From assembly GCF_000011125.1 (NCBI RefSeq), contig NC_000854.2, forward strand, positions 1,500,001-1,532,000: 32,000 nt of DNA, read 5' to 3'. The notes under the pieces are model-generated. The model was not told the DNA's origin and searched no databases. It saw only the letters and a list, made by a program, of their open reading frames with translations. The stretch is from Aeropyrum pernix K1. GTDB lineage: Archaea; Thermoproteota; Thermoprotei_A; Sulfolobales; Acidilobaceae. Below, one piece after another: positions 8,476 through 18,244 of this stretch; within the stretch, counting starts at the first letter, position 1, and every line of letters begins with the position of its first letter. Both the position numbers and the translations under genes were made by a program.

Positions 8476-9659
8476 GTTACCACAGGCCTCCTAAGCTGCA
8501 CCTCAATCTCGTCCTTCCCCGCCCTGGTTACGACGCCGAGGGTTATCGCCGTCCCCACAGAGAGCATCAGCATCTCCCCCCTCCTTATAGGCTCCACCCT
8601 AGCCTCCTCCTTCATACCCACAACCTTCTCAAGCAGGTGGTGCTCTATCCTCAGCGTGGTCAGGGGCTCCGGCAGCTCTCCCGGCTTGCCCACGACGTTG
8701 CCGACCAGGTTGTCGGCCTTTGTCACGCTGGGGTCGAGCTGAGTGCCTATAGCCACGAGGCCCCCCGGCCTCGCCTCCTCCACCTCTATACTCCCGAACC
8801 TTAGGCTAGTGATTGTGGTGTGGAGCCTGACGTACTCCACCCTGCCCCCCGGCTTCCGCACGGCCACACCCGGGCTTATCTCTATCTCGTCCCCAACCCT
8901 GAAGACACCCTGGATTATGCTCCCCCCGACAACCCCGCCGACAAGCCTCTCAGGCGGCGTGCCAGGTCTGTTGACGTCGAAGCTCCTGCTGATGTACATC
9001 ACCGGCGGCTTATCCAGGTCTCTCGGCGGCGTGGGTATGAACTTCTCTATCGCTGCCAGCACGGCGTCGATGTTAGCCCTCTTGAGCGCGCTGACAGGGA
9101 TGATCGGGCTCCCCTCGGCTATCGTCCCCTTGATGAAGTTCAGGATCTCCTGGTAGCTCTCCTTGGCCCTCTCCCTAGAGACGACGTCCACCTTGTTCTG
9201 GACTATTACTATGTTCTTGATACCTATGATCTCGAGCGCCACGAGATGCTCCTTGGTCTGGGGCTGTGGGCAGGGCTCGTTGGCAGCCACAACCAGGAGG
9301 GCGCCGTCCATAAGGGCTGCCCCGCTTAGCATGGTGGCCATCAGTATCTCGTGTCCAGGCGCGTCCACATAGCTGACCCTCCTCCTGAGGGAGGCGCTAG
9401 CCTGGGGGTCACACTCGCACACAGGCTCTGGGCTGAACCTCTCCGGGAACCCGCAGCCCTCGCACTCCCACACCTCGCCGTCGGCGTACCCCAGCTTAAT
9501 GGTCATGCCCCGCCTAATCTCCTCGCTGTGCCTCATAGTCCAGACTCCCGTGAGCGCCTGTACGAGCGTGGTCTTGCCGTGGTCGACGTGGCCTACTACT
9601 CCAATGTTGACCTCAGGCTGACGCTTGTCTCCACCGCTCAAGGCGCTAAACCCGGGCAT
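8397..9659 (-). CDS. eif2g: Translation initiation factor aIF2 subunit gamma
   Basis: [47 protein letters not shown]...[30 protein letters not shown] element about 25 nt upstream of the ATG implies a leaderless transcript. Confidence 0.97.
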
Positions 9660-9716
9660 AATAGGGGTTTGGCTGGAGGGTATAAAGAAGGTGGGGCTGC
9701 CTGGCCTCCCGCTTGT

Positions 9717-10424
9717 TTACTCCTCCTTGTCGCCGTAGTGGATGACAATGTTTAGCTGGGCTAGGGCGGTCTTCCTCCTCTCACCCCTAGGATCGGGTAT
9801 CATCCTCCCCCTGACGCTCTTCCTCCTCCTCTCACCCCTCTCCCTGGGGTGGAAGCCCGGCGGGCCTGCTAGGAGAACCTTATACCTCCCCGACCCCGGC
9901 ACTCCAGGGTGCATTGGTATCCCTGTAGCGTCCGTGCCCCCTCTTATCTTGAACTTGAGCCCTGGCATGCCGATGAGCCCTCCGTCGAAGACGTCTCCTA
10001 TCTCAAGGCCGGCCAGCTTAACGTGGACATCATCGGGAACCGCTATCTGCCAGGATTTGGCTCTGAACGCGTCAGCCTCCGTCTCCAGCTCGCCCGCAGC
10101 CTCGCCGAGGAGCTCCATGTTGACCTCGACCACATTATCCTCAAGACCCTCCTTGACCTCGGCCTTAAAGGGGACCTTAACCTTCTTGCCGTCGGGGGTC
10201 GTGAATCTCAGGGTGAGAACCCCCACCTCGCCGAGGTTCAGCTCCTCGTAGAGCTTCCTGCTGACCCTGGCGATGGGGAGCCTCCTCCTGTCAGACTCCT
10301 TAGTCTTCCTCATGTCGTCAGTATACTCAATATCTTCTACTCCCTTCACCTTAACCCTGACAACCCTATCCCCAGCGCGGGGGTCAGATATCACTATCCT
10401 GAGTGGTGGCCTCTCCTCCGACAC
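9717..10424 (-). CDS. rps6e: 30S ribosomal protein S6e
   Basis: LRIVISDPRAGDRVVRVKVKG...GGTDATGIPMHPGVPGSGRYKVLLAGPPGFHPRERGERRRKSVRGRMI. Likely GTG start at 10424. Confidence 0.95.
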   Translation of the reverse strand: MSEERPPLRIVISDPRAGDRVVRVKVKGVEDIEYTDDMRKTKESDRRRLPIARVSRKLYEELNLGEVGVLTLRFTTPDGKKVKVPFKAEVKEGLEDNVVEVNMELLGEAAGELETEADAFRAKSWQIAVPDDVHVKLAGLEIGDVFDGGLIGMPGLKFKIRGGTDATGIPMHPGVPGSGRYKVLLAGPPGFHPRERGERRRKSVRGRMIPDPRGERRKTALAQLNIVIHYGDKEE

Positions 10425-10539
10425 TCTAGACTCACCTCCACAGCCGGACCCCACCCGGGGGGTCCAGCCCAAACCTTGGGTGAGGATTCCACGGCCTAAT
10501 TAGCTTTACAATACACTCTATGTCAACGGGGTGTAGCGT

Positions 10540-12393
10540 ATGGCTGGAGATAAGGGTGGTGGCGACGGGGAGAGGAGGCTTAGGCAGCCTATAGTGGTGG
10601 TGCTGGGCCACGTCGACCACGGCAAGACCACGCTGCTGGATAAGATTAGGAGGACTGCAGTGGCCGCGAAGGAGGCCGGGGGTATTACACAGCATATTGG
10701 GGCTAGCATAGTTCCGGCTGACGTCATCGAGAAGATTGCTGAGCCCCTTAAGAAGGTTATACCGGTCAAGCTGGTTATACCCGGCCTTTTATTCATAGAC
10801 ACCCCGGGCCACGAGCTGTTCTCGAACCTACGCCGCAGGGGGGGCAGCGTCGCCGACTTCGCAATACTAGTCGTGGATATAATGGAGGGGTTCAAACCCC
10901 AGACCTACGAGGCTCTGGAGCTCCTGAAGGAGAGGAGGGTTCCCTTCCTCATAGCGGCGAACAAGATAGACCGCATACCGGGGTGGAAGCCCAACCCGGA
11001 CGCCCCCTTCATAGAAACCATACGAAGACAGGACCCGAAGGTTAGGGAGATACTTGAACAGAGGGTGTACGAGATCGTTGGTAAGATGTATGAGGCGGGG
11101 CTGCCGGCCGAGCTTTTCACGAGGATCAAGGACTTTAGGAGGAAGATAGCCATAGTGCCCGTCTCAGCGAGGACTGGGGAGGGCATACCGGAGCTGCTGG
11201 CGGTGCTCGCCGGCCTGACCCAGACCTACCTGAAGGAGAGGCTGAGGTACGCTGAGGGCCCTGCAAAGGGTGTGGTGCTAGAGGTTAAGGAGATGCAAGG
11301 CTTCGGCACGGTCGTTGACGCGGTGATATACGACGGCGTCCTGAAGAAGGAGGACATAATAGTAGTCGGCGGGAGGGAGGGCCCCATAGTGACTAGGGTG
11401 AGGGCGCTCCTCATGCCAGCCCCACTCCAGGACATCAGGAGCAGGGAAGCCAGGTTCGTCCAGGTTGACCGCGTCTACGCCGCGGCTGGTGTTAGGATAG
11501 CCGCTCCCGGCCTGGACGACGTGATCGCCGGGAGCCCGATCTACGCTGCGGAGAGCGAGGAGGAGGCTAGGAAGCTGATGGAGGCGGTGCAGAGGGAGAT
11601 AGAGGAGCTCAGGTTCAGGACGGAGAATATAGGTGTGGTTGTCAAGGCCGACACCCTGGGGACTCTCGAAGCCCTTGTTGAGGCCCTCAGGAGGAGGGGA
11701 GTCCCTGTCAGGCTGGCCGACATAGGCCCCGTGTCAAGGTCTGACGTGCTCGACGCTGCCGTAACCAGGAAGATAGACCCGTACCTGGGGGTCGTGCTCG
11801 CCTTCAACGTGAAGGTCCTCCCTGAGGCGGAGGAGGAGGCCTCGAGGGCTGGGGTCAAGATCTTTAGGGAGAGCATGATATACAAGCTGATAGAAGACTA
11901 TGAGGAGTGGGTTAAGAAGGAGAAGGAGGCCGAGAGGCTGAAGGCCCTCAACAGCCTGATAAGGCCGGGCAAGTTCAGGATACTCCCAGGCTACGTCTTC
12001 AGGAGGAGCGACCCCGCGATAGTGGGTGTCGAGGTCCTCGGCGGAGTGATCAGGCCTGGCTACCCGGTCATGGATAGCCAGGGGAGGGAGCTCGGGAGGA
12101 TAATGGCTATTAAGGATAGGGATAGAAGCCTCGAGGAGGCCAGGCTGGGGGCTGCCGTGGCGGTCTCGATACAGGGTAGGATCCTTATAGGTAGGCACGC
12201 AAACGAGGGCGATATACTCTACACTAACGTGCCCGCACAGCACGCCTATAAGATCCTCACCGAGTTCAAGGACCTCGTGTCGAAGGACGAGCTGGACGTG
12301 CTCAGGGAGATCGCCGAGATTAAGAGGAGGGCTGCCGACCACGAGTACAACAAGGTGCTTCTAAGGCTCAAAATAAAGCGTGTTAGCCAGTAG
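10540..12393 (+). CDS. infB: Translation initiation factor aIF5B (IF-2 homologue)
   Basis: [38 protein letters not shown]...FIDTPGHELFSNLRRRGGSVADFAILVVDI...PFLIAANKIDRIPGW. Confidence 0.97.
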   Translation: MAGDKGGGDGERRLRQPIVVVLGHVDHGKTTLLDKIRRTAVAAKEAGGITQHIGASIVPADVIEKIAEPLKKVIPVKLVIPGLLFIDTPGHELFSNLRRRGGSVADFAILVVDIMEGFKPQTYEALELLKERRVPFLIAANKIDRIPGWKPNPDAPFIETIRRQDPKVREILEQRVYEIVGKMYEAGLPAELFTRIKDFRRKIAIVPVSARTGEGIPELLAVLAGLTQTYLKERLRYAEGPAKGVVLEVKEMQGFGTVVDAVIYDGVLKKEDIIVVGGREGPIVTRVRALLMPAPLQDIRSREARFVQVDRVYAAAGVRIAAPGLDDVIAGSPIYAAESEEEARKLMEAVQREIEELRFRTENIGVVVKADTLGTLEALVEALRRRGVPVRLADIGPVSRSDVLDAAVTRKIDPYLGVVLAFNVKVLPEAEEEASRAGVKIFRESMIYKLIEDYEEWVKKEKEAERLKALNSLIRPGKFRILPGYVFRRSDPAIVGVEVLGGVIRPGYPVMDSQGRELGRIMAIKDRDRSLEEARLGAAVAVSIQGRILIGRHANEGDILYTNVPAQHAYKILTEFKDLVSKDELDVLREIAEIKRRAADHEYNKVLLRLKIKRVSQ

Positions 12394-12410
12394 GCAGCAA
12401 GCCCTCCCTC

Positions 12411-12836
12411 CTACCACTCCACTATCTCCGACTCGCTGAATAGCACCCTGAACTCCCTTTCAAAGCTCTCTGGCGAGTCGCTGGCGTGCACTATATTTTT
12501 CATAATATCGAGGCTGAAGTCACCCCTTATCGTCCCCGGGGCAGCCTTCCTCCCATCGGTAGACCCTATCATCAGCCTCACCACGCTAACGGCCTCGTCC
12601 CCCTCCACAACCATCGCAACAACAGGACCGCTCGTTATGAACTCCACCAGCTCGCCGAAGAAGGGCTTGTCCCTGTGTACGCTGTAGAACTCCTCAGCCT
12701 TCTCCCTTGTTAGACGCATCATCTTCATGGCCACTATCTTGAGCCCCTTCCTCTCAACCCTGGACACAACCTCTCCTATAAGCCCTCTCTCCACTCCATC
12801 AGGCTTGACTACCAGGAGGGTCCTCTGGACGGCCAC
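12411..12836 (-). CDS. ndk: Nucleoside diphosphate kinase
   Basis: [36 protein letters not shown]...[42 protein letters not shown]. Confidence 0.97.
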
Positions 12837-12917
12837 ACGCCTTCACCGGGGCTTGACTGCTGGAGTGTAGGGATAATAAGGGTAAGTGGTTAGGATGGGA
12901 GTCTCCAACGTTGGGTG

Positions 12918-13583
12918 CTATAGGGGGAGGACACGCCTCCCAAGCCAGGCCCTCGCCATAAGGTCTAGGGCGAAGAGGAGGAGCATCAGCCCGACCAGAG
13001 CCATGAGTGCCTTGTACGCCGGGGCGAACTGGGAGGCCACATCCCCCATGCCCGCTAAGAGTGCTAGCCATACGAAGTCCATCCACACGTGGCTGGCGTA
13101 CATTATGGCCGGCCCAAGAGGGGGGTTCCTCGCCGCCCCTGTTATCAGGGGGAAGCCGACGCTAACCCACCAGAGGAGGAAGTGGGCGTTGAAGCCGGTG
13201 AGCACCACTCCTATTATAAAGGCGCTTGAGTAGCTAGCGGGCTCAAGGGGTATGGCGTTACCACCCGCCTCCGGGCCCTTTAGGGCGGCATCGAAGGATA
13301 GTAGAGAGAAGTAGATTATGAAGAGGGAGATCGCGGTGGTTAGGGGACGGTAGAGCTTCTTAATGTGTCTCTCGATGGAGGAGCTGGCTTTTAGGAGTAG
13401 GAGGACGAAGGGGAGTTCGAAGGCCATGTGGCCTAGGGCGACGAAGACGCCTCCGATCCAGCCTAGATAGGCCCCGGCGACTATGGCGCTGAGTGAGAGG
13501 GGGCCCGGGGATAGGGCGCCGCTGGGGGTTATAATGACGGTCCTGACAGCCAGCCTGGCCAGGCCGCCCTCCTCACCCGCCAC
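12918..13583 (-). CDS. Multi-span membrane protein, probably LysE/RhtB-type translocator
   Basis: ITPSGALSPGPLSLSAIVAGAYLGWIGGVFVALGHMAFELPFVLLLL...FNAHFLLWWVSVGFPLI; N-terminal PGPL motif and spacing resemble LysE family. Confidence 0.6.
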   Translation of the reverse strand: MAGEEGGLARLAVRTVIITPSGALSPGPLSLSAIVAGAYLGWIGGVFVALGHMAFELPFVLLLLKASSSIERHIKKLYRPLTTAISLFIIYFSLLSFDAALKGPEAGGNAIPLEPASYSSAFIIGVVLTGFNAHFLLWWVSVGFPLITGAARNPPLGPAIMYASHVWMDFVWLALLAGMGDVASQFAPAYKALMALVGLMLLLFALDLMARAWLGRRVLPL

Positions 13584-13640
13584 ACCGCCACACCGCCTGT
13601 GTGCAGCTCTCCAGAGAAGGGGTGGGGATCTCTATGAAGC

Positions 13641-13832
13641 CTAGTCTAGGAGGCTCTTCTTAACCTTCCTAACCCACTCGAGCTTGTCGGGCTTGCGCCT
13701 AAGCTTTACAAAGTTCTTGTAGCACTTGCTGCTGCAGAACCACAGTATCTGGCCGTTCCTGAGCACATACATTAGGCCGGTACCTGGCTCTATGCTGCCG
13801 CCGCAGAAGCTACAGGTCCTCGACTTCGGCAT
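13641..13832 (-). CDS. rpl24e: 50S ribosomal protein L24e
   Basis: [52 protein letters not shown]: C-x2-C...C-x3-C L24e zinc motif. Confidence 0.95.
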   Translation of the reverse strand: MPKSRTCSFCGGSIEPGTGLMYVLRNGQILWFCSSKCYKNFVKLRRKPDKLEWVRKVKKSLLD

Positions 13833-13891
13833 TCCATGTACACCCTACATCCAGTGAGGGTTATGCGAGAGGCTTAATAGTCTTCACCCCC

Positions 13892-14167
13892 ATGAGATCC
13901 CCCGGGGTGTACAGGGGGTTGTCTGCTAGGGAGGGAGAGAAGAGGAGCGGAGTTATCGAGGAGTTTGGCTTCCCCGCGGAGGTCATACAGATAATAGGCC
14001 GTACAGGCGTGACGGGCGAGGTAACACAGGTTAGGGTTAGGATCCTGGAGGGTAGGGACAAGGGGAGGATTCTGACTAGGAACGTGATAGGCCCGGTTAG
14101 GATAGGTGACATACTGATACTTCGGGAGACGGAGAGGGAGGCTAGGAAGCTGAGCGGCAGGCGCTAG
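13892..14167 (+). CDS. rps28e: 30S ribosomal protein S28e (start could be 13892, 13907 or 13919)
   Basis: [59 protein letters not shown]. Confidence 0.92.
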   Translation: MRSPGVYRGLSAREGEKRSGVIEEFGFPAEVIQIIGRTGVTGEVTQVRVRILEGRDKGRILTRNVIGPVRIGDILILRETEREARKLSGRR

Positions 14168-14214
14168 AGGCCTGCCCCGCCGGGTGGCCTATTAAAAACC
14201 AGACTAGGGTACTG

Positions 14215-15668
14215 TCAGTACGGTATCAGGGTCAGGGTTACCGCAGCCACTGGAGCTATGAGTATCATGAGTGCTATGGTGTAGCCGAATACATCCCTAG
14301 CCCTCGTCCTAGTTATGTCTAGGAGGGGTATTGCCCAGAAGGGCTGGAGTAAGTTTGTCCACGAGTCGCCGAAGCCGTAGGCTATTATGGTTTTACCTAT
14401 CGGCACTCCCAGCTCGTGGCCGGCCCTGACTAGTATTCTCCTATCGCAGCCCACTCGCCGCCCCCGCTTGGTATGAAGAGGTTCACTATGCCCGCGGTTA
14501 GGAAGGCCACTACCGGCCATATGAAGGGTGTTGAAACGTCGGCCAGGCCTTCTGCGATGATCTGGGCCGAGCTCTTGCCGAGAGGCTCGAAGGGCGTGTT
14601 TAGGAGGCCGAAGATGCCGGCGTAGAAGTGGAACTGTAGTATGACGCCCGCGGCCGATGAGACGCTCCTGTAGAAGGCCCTTGCGTAGCTCATGGGGTTG
14701 GCGTAGAGCAGGAGTCCTGTCATTAGGAAGATGAAGTTCATGGTGTTGAGGTTGAGCGCCCTGCTTATGCCCCGTGTATACAGCTCTATTGCAACCGCCG
14801 TGAAACCCAGTATGACGGTGAGTATGGCCAGTGTCCTGGAGTTCTCAAGCCTGTCCGCCAGGGTCTCGATCCTGGGCTTCTCACCAGCGGGCGCAGCCTC
14901 TTCCTTGAGGGCGTCGGGGTCGAACTCCTCTATCCCCCTGACGGGCCCTCGGGAGGGGCTTATGAGCCAGTATATCGCCAGTGCTGCCAGGGTTATCAGC
15001 AGGAAGTTTATGATAGTGTAGGGGTGGAAAATCGTCTGTGAGAGCGGTATTGTCTCGACGCCGTAGAGCTCCTTCACAACGTTGGCCAGGAAGTGGCCGG
15101 GAGTGTTCATGAGCAGCGGGGCGCTTGCCGTGAGACCCCAGTGCCATGTTAGCCCTAGGCCGCTGTATGCAGCGACGACCACTACTGGATAGTGGATCTT
15201 CCTTCCGCGGAAGGCGGCCTGCCTCCCTATCTCCCTGGCCAGTATGGCCCCGCCTATCAGGCTCAGGCCCCAGCTGAGGTATGAGAGTGCTATGGCGACG
15301 GCTGCGGCGAGGACGGCTGCCTGCTTCGTGTCCCTAGGTAGGCCGGCTATCCTGGAGAGAACCCTGTATACGAGTGGGTGGTAGGCTATAACGTAGCCCG
15401 TCACCAGTATAAGGGTCATCTGCATGCTGAAGGTCAGGAGCTTCCAGAAGCCGCCGTACCATGCACTGTAGACTAGAAACTTGACAGTACCCCCCAGCCC
15501 CACATGCTGTATGGGCCTCAGGAGGATGAGGTCGAGCACTATTGCTATGAATGTAAGGAGTATGGCGAAGATGAAGGGGTCTGGCATGACGCCCCTGACC
15601 CTTCGCTCCAGCGCCTCGCCGAAAGCCTCTAGGAAGGGACGCCTAGACTCGTCCCCCAATGAGCCCAC
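14215..15668 (-). pseudogene. atoE: AtoE-type short-chain fatty acid transporter, open reading frame broken by a 1-nt shift near 14436-14445
   Basis: ORF 14430-15668 ends ...NLFIPSGGGEWAAIGEY*. The expected C-terminus continues in the next frame: RILVRAGHELGVPIGKTIIAYGFGDSWTNLLQPFWAIPLLDI... Confidence 0.75.
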
Positions 15669-15686
15669 CCCTTGAAATCAAAACTA

Positions 15687-15702
15687 TCCTTGATATCGAG
15701 GA
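15687..15702. promoter_or_regulatory. Imperfect 16-bp palindrome TCCTTGATATCGAGGA (one mismatched pair) in the atoE/thiolase-like divergent intergenic region
   Basis: Read directly. CTTGA(A/T)ATC also occurs at 15671 and an inverted TCAAG at 15706-15710. AT-rich AAATATATACAA lies at 15728-15738. Confidence 0.4.
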
Positions 15703-15861
15703 AGGTCAAGTCGTTTCTAACTGCACAAATATATACAATTGAAGCTGGGTCCGCCGCGTCTCCACCGAGAACACAAGCCGGGAGGGCGGGGAGAATCATT
15801 ACACGCCACGGTGTACACTATTTCAGCACTACAGTGAACACTTGGTTATGAGGGCTCCGAG

Positions 15862-17019
15862 TTGCCCAGGGCTGCTATAGTCTCGGCGGGCTGGTACGGG
15901 TTCAAACCCGAGGTTGGCGAGCTCAGCTTCAGGGAGATGATGTTCGAGGCCGCCCTACGCGCCTATAGTGCGGCGGGTGTAGACCCTAGGAGGGATGTGG
16001 ACGCCTTCTTCTCCTGCCAGGAGGACTATTGGGAGGGAATAGCTATTACAGACGAGTTCGCCCCCGAGCCCATCGGAGGCGTTCTCAGGCCCACCTCAAC
16101 GGTTGCTGGAGACTTCATCCAGTGCCTCGGCCAGGCTGTGATGCTAGTGAGGACAGGCTACTTCGACCTGGTCGCCGTAGAGTCCCATGCAAAGCCGAGC
16201 GACATAGCGACCATAAAGGGGGTTATGGATATGGCGCTAGACCCTCTCTACCTCAGGCCCCTCGACCCGCCGAACCCCCACTTCATCGGGGGGCTTATGG
16301 CGAACGCCTTCCTGGCCAGGACCGGCCTAGGGAGGGAGGCGCTAGCCATGGTGGCGGCTAAGAACAAGAACGCGGGGCTCTCCAACCCCCGGGCGAGCCA
16401 CGCAGCCCCGGTGACGCTGGGCGACGTTCTCTCAGCAAAGCCTGTAGTAGACCCTCTGACGGGGTATGATATCGCGCCTTTCAGCGACGCGGCAATCGTC
16501 ATGCTGGTTGCTAGCGAGGAGGCTGCTAGGAGGCTCACGGACACTCCCGTGTGGATAGAGGGTGTAGGCTGGTCTACAGAGTCTGGCACCGGCTCGCTGG
16601 CCTGGCACCAGTGGGATTCTATGCCGAGCATACGCATGGCGGTCGACATGGCCAAGTCTATGGCTGGGCTGAGCGGAAGGCCCCAGACCTTCACGAGCTT
16701 CGCGGAGCTGGAGGACAGGTACTCTTTCATGGAGATACTCTCCATGGAGGAGGCCGGTATAGCCGGTCCTGAGGAGGCCTACAGTATGCTGGAGGCTGGT
16801 GATACAGAGCCTAGCGGCAACTACCCCGTCAACCCAAGCGGGGGCAGCCTGGCCGCGGGGGTGGCCCTCGAGGCGACAGGGGGCTTCAGGGTTCTAGAGG
16901 CTTATGAGAGGCTCATGGCTATGGGTGAGGAGCTTGAGCCTGGGGCGGAGAGGGCCCTGGTGGTCTCCTGGAGGGGGCCACCCACTAGGACTGCTATGGC
17001 TGTTATACTCGGTGTTTAG
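15862..17019 (+). CDS. SCP2-thiolase-fold protein with non-canonical active site
   Basis: Overall thiolase-like layout (RAAIVSAGWYGF..., AKNKNAGLSNPRA, DAAIVMLVASEEAARRLT, VNPSGGSLAAGVALEATGGFR). TTG start with GAGG 8 nt upstream. Confidence 0.82.
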   Translation: MPRAAIVSAGWYGFKPEVGELSFREMMFEAALRAYSAAGVDPRRDVDAFFSCQEDYWEGIAITDEFAPEPIGGVLRPTSTVAGDFIQCLGQAVMLVRTGYFDLVAVESHAKPSDIATIKGVMDMALDPLYLRPLDPPNPHFIGGLMANAFLARTGLGREALAMVAAKNKNAGLSNPRASHAAPVTLGDVLSAKPVVDPLTGYDIAPFSDAAIVMLVASEEAARRLTDTPVWIEGVGWSTESGTGSLAWHQWDSMPSIRMAVDMAKSMAGLSGRPQTFTSFAELEDRYSFMEILSMEEAGIAGPEEAYSMLEAGDTEPSGNYPVNPSGGSLAAGVALEATGGFRVLEAYERLMAMGEELEPGAERALVVSWRGPPTRTAMAVILGV

Positions 17020-17045
17020 GATGGTCTTGTGGGGGTGGATGTGCG

Positions 17046-18230
17046 GTGGTTTCCAGGCCTAATATACATGTTAAGAGTAAGGTAGCCGTCGTGGGGGCGG
17101 GGATCACGCTTTTCAGGAGGAGGATGTTGGAGACGCCCCGCGAGCTGGCGTGGGAGGCTGCCAGGCAGGCTCTAGACTCTGCAGGGCTGACCCTCAGGGA
17201 TATAGACTGTGTTGTCATAGGCAGCGCGCCCGACGCTTTCGACGGGGTGCACATGAAGGGGGAGTACCTGGCCGACGGCAGCGGGGGTCTCTTCAAGCCC
17301 ACTGTGAGGGTTTACGTGGGCGGAGGCACTGGTGTCTTCGTCCCCATAGCCGCCTGGTGGCACGTGGCCAGCGGCCTCTGCAGGACGGTGCTTGCTGTGG
17401 CTGAGGAGAAGATGAGCCACGCCAGGCCACACCCGCAGGGCGTGTTCGCCTACATCTGGGACCCTGTTCTCGAGAGGCCCCTAGGGCCGAACCTGCTCTG
17501 GATATTCGCCCTGGAGATGAGGCGGTACATGCACAAGTGTAACGTTTCAAAGGAGACTATAGCCCTGGTTAGCGTTAAGAACAAGAGGAACGCCCTAGAC
17601 CACCCCGCGGCGCAGGCAGCGGCGAACATAACCGTGGAGGACGTGTTGAACAGCGAGGTCCTCGTATGGCCTGTTAACAGACTTGACGTGAGCCCCGTTA
17701 GCGACGGTGCCGCGGCTCTGGTGCTGGCCAGCGAGAACGAGGCGAGGAGGGTGACCGACAGCCCCGTCTGGATAGAGGGTGTGGGTTGGACCCTCGACAA
17801 CACCCACTGGTACAACAGGGAGCTCGGCTACCCGAGGTACGTCCAGTACGCGGCCAGGATGGCTTACAAGATGGCCGGGATCGAGAGGCCGTGGAGGGAC
17901 ATAGACTTCGCGGAGCCCTACGACCCCTTCGACTACAAGGAGCTGCACCACATAGAAGGGCTAATGCTGGCCAGGCCGTGCGAGGCTCCGAAGCTGCTCG
18001 AGGAGGGCTGGTTCGACAGGAGCGGCGAGCTGCCTACAAGCCCAAGCGGCGGACTCCTGGGCGTGGGCAACCCAATAGCAGCTGCGGGCCTGATGAAGGC
18101 GGCAGAGCTGTTCTGGCAGCTCAGATACGAGGCGGGGGCTAGGCAGGTGAAGAAGCCCGTCCACAGGGGGGTCGCCCAGGCCTGGGGCGACCTCATGCAG
18201 GCCGGGACGGTCGTCGTCATGGGTAACTGA
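17046..18230 (+). CDS. Second SCP2-thiolase-fold protein with non-canonical active site
   Basis: VAVVGAGITLFRRR...LTLRDIDCVVIGSAPDAFDG...VLAVAEEKMS...DVSPVSDGAAALVLASE...SPSGGLLGVGNPIAAAG. Confidence 0.85.
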   Translation: MVSRPNIHVKSKVAVVGAGITLFRRRMLETPRELAWEAARQALDSAGLTLRDIDCVVIGSAPDAFDGVHMKGEYLADGSGGLFKPTVRVYVGGGTGVFVPIAAWWHVASGLCRTVLAVAEEKMSHARPHPQGVFAYIWDPVLERPLGPNLLWIFALEMRRYMHKCNVSKETIALVSVKNKRNALDHPAAQAAANITVEDVLNSEVLVWPVNRLDVSPVSDGAAALVLASENEARRVTDSPVWIEGVGWTLDNTHWYNRELGYPRYVQYAARMAYKMAGIERPWRDIDFAEPYDPFDYKELHHIEGLMLARPCEAPKLLEEGWFDRSGELPTSPSGGLLGVGNPIAAAGLMKAAELFWQLRYEAGARQVKKPVHRGVAQAWGDLMQAGTVVVMGN

Positions 18231-18244
18231 GGGGGTGGTGCGCC

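Noticed and set aside
9742-10499. Plus-strand ORFs opposite S6e (9742-10251, 9909-10499)
   Set aside because: Both are antisense to a well-conserved ribosomal protein.
14430-14450. Programmed -1 frameshift in the AtoE-like gene
   Set aside because: The formal shift is -1, but there is no slippery heptamer and no biological precedent I know of in this family. A mutation or sequence indel is simpler, though not excluded.
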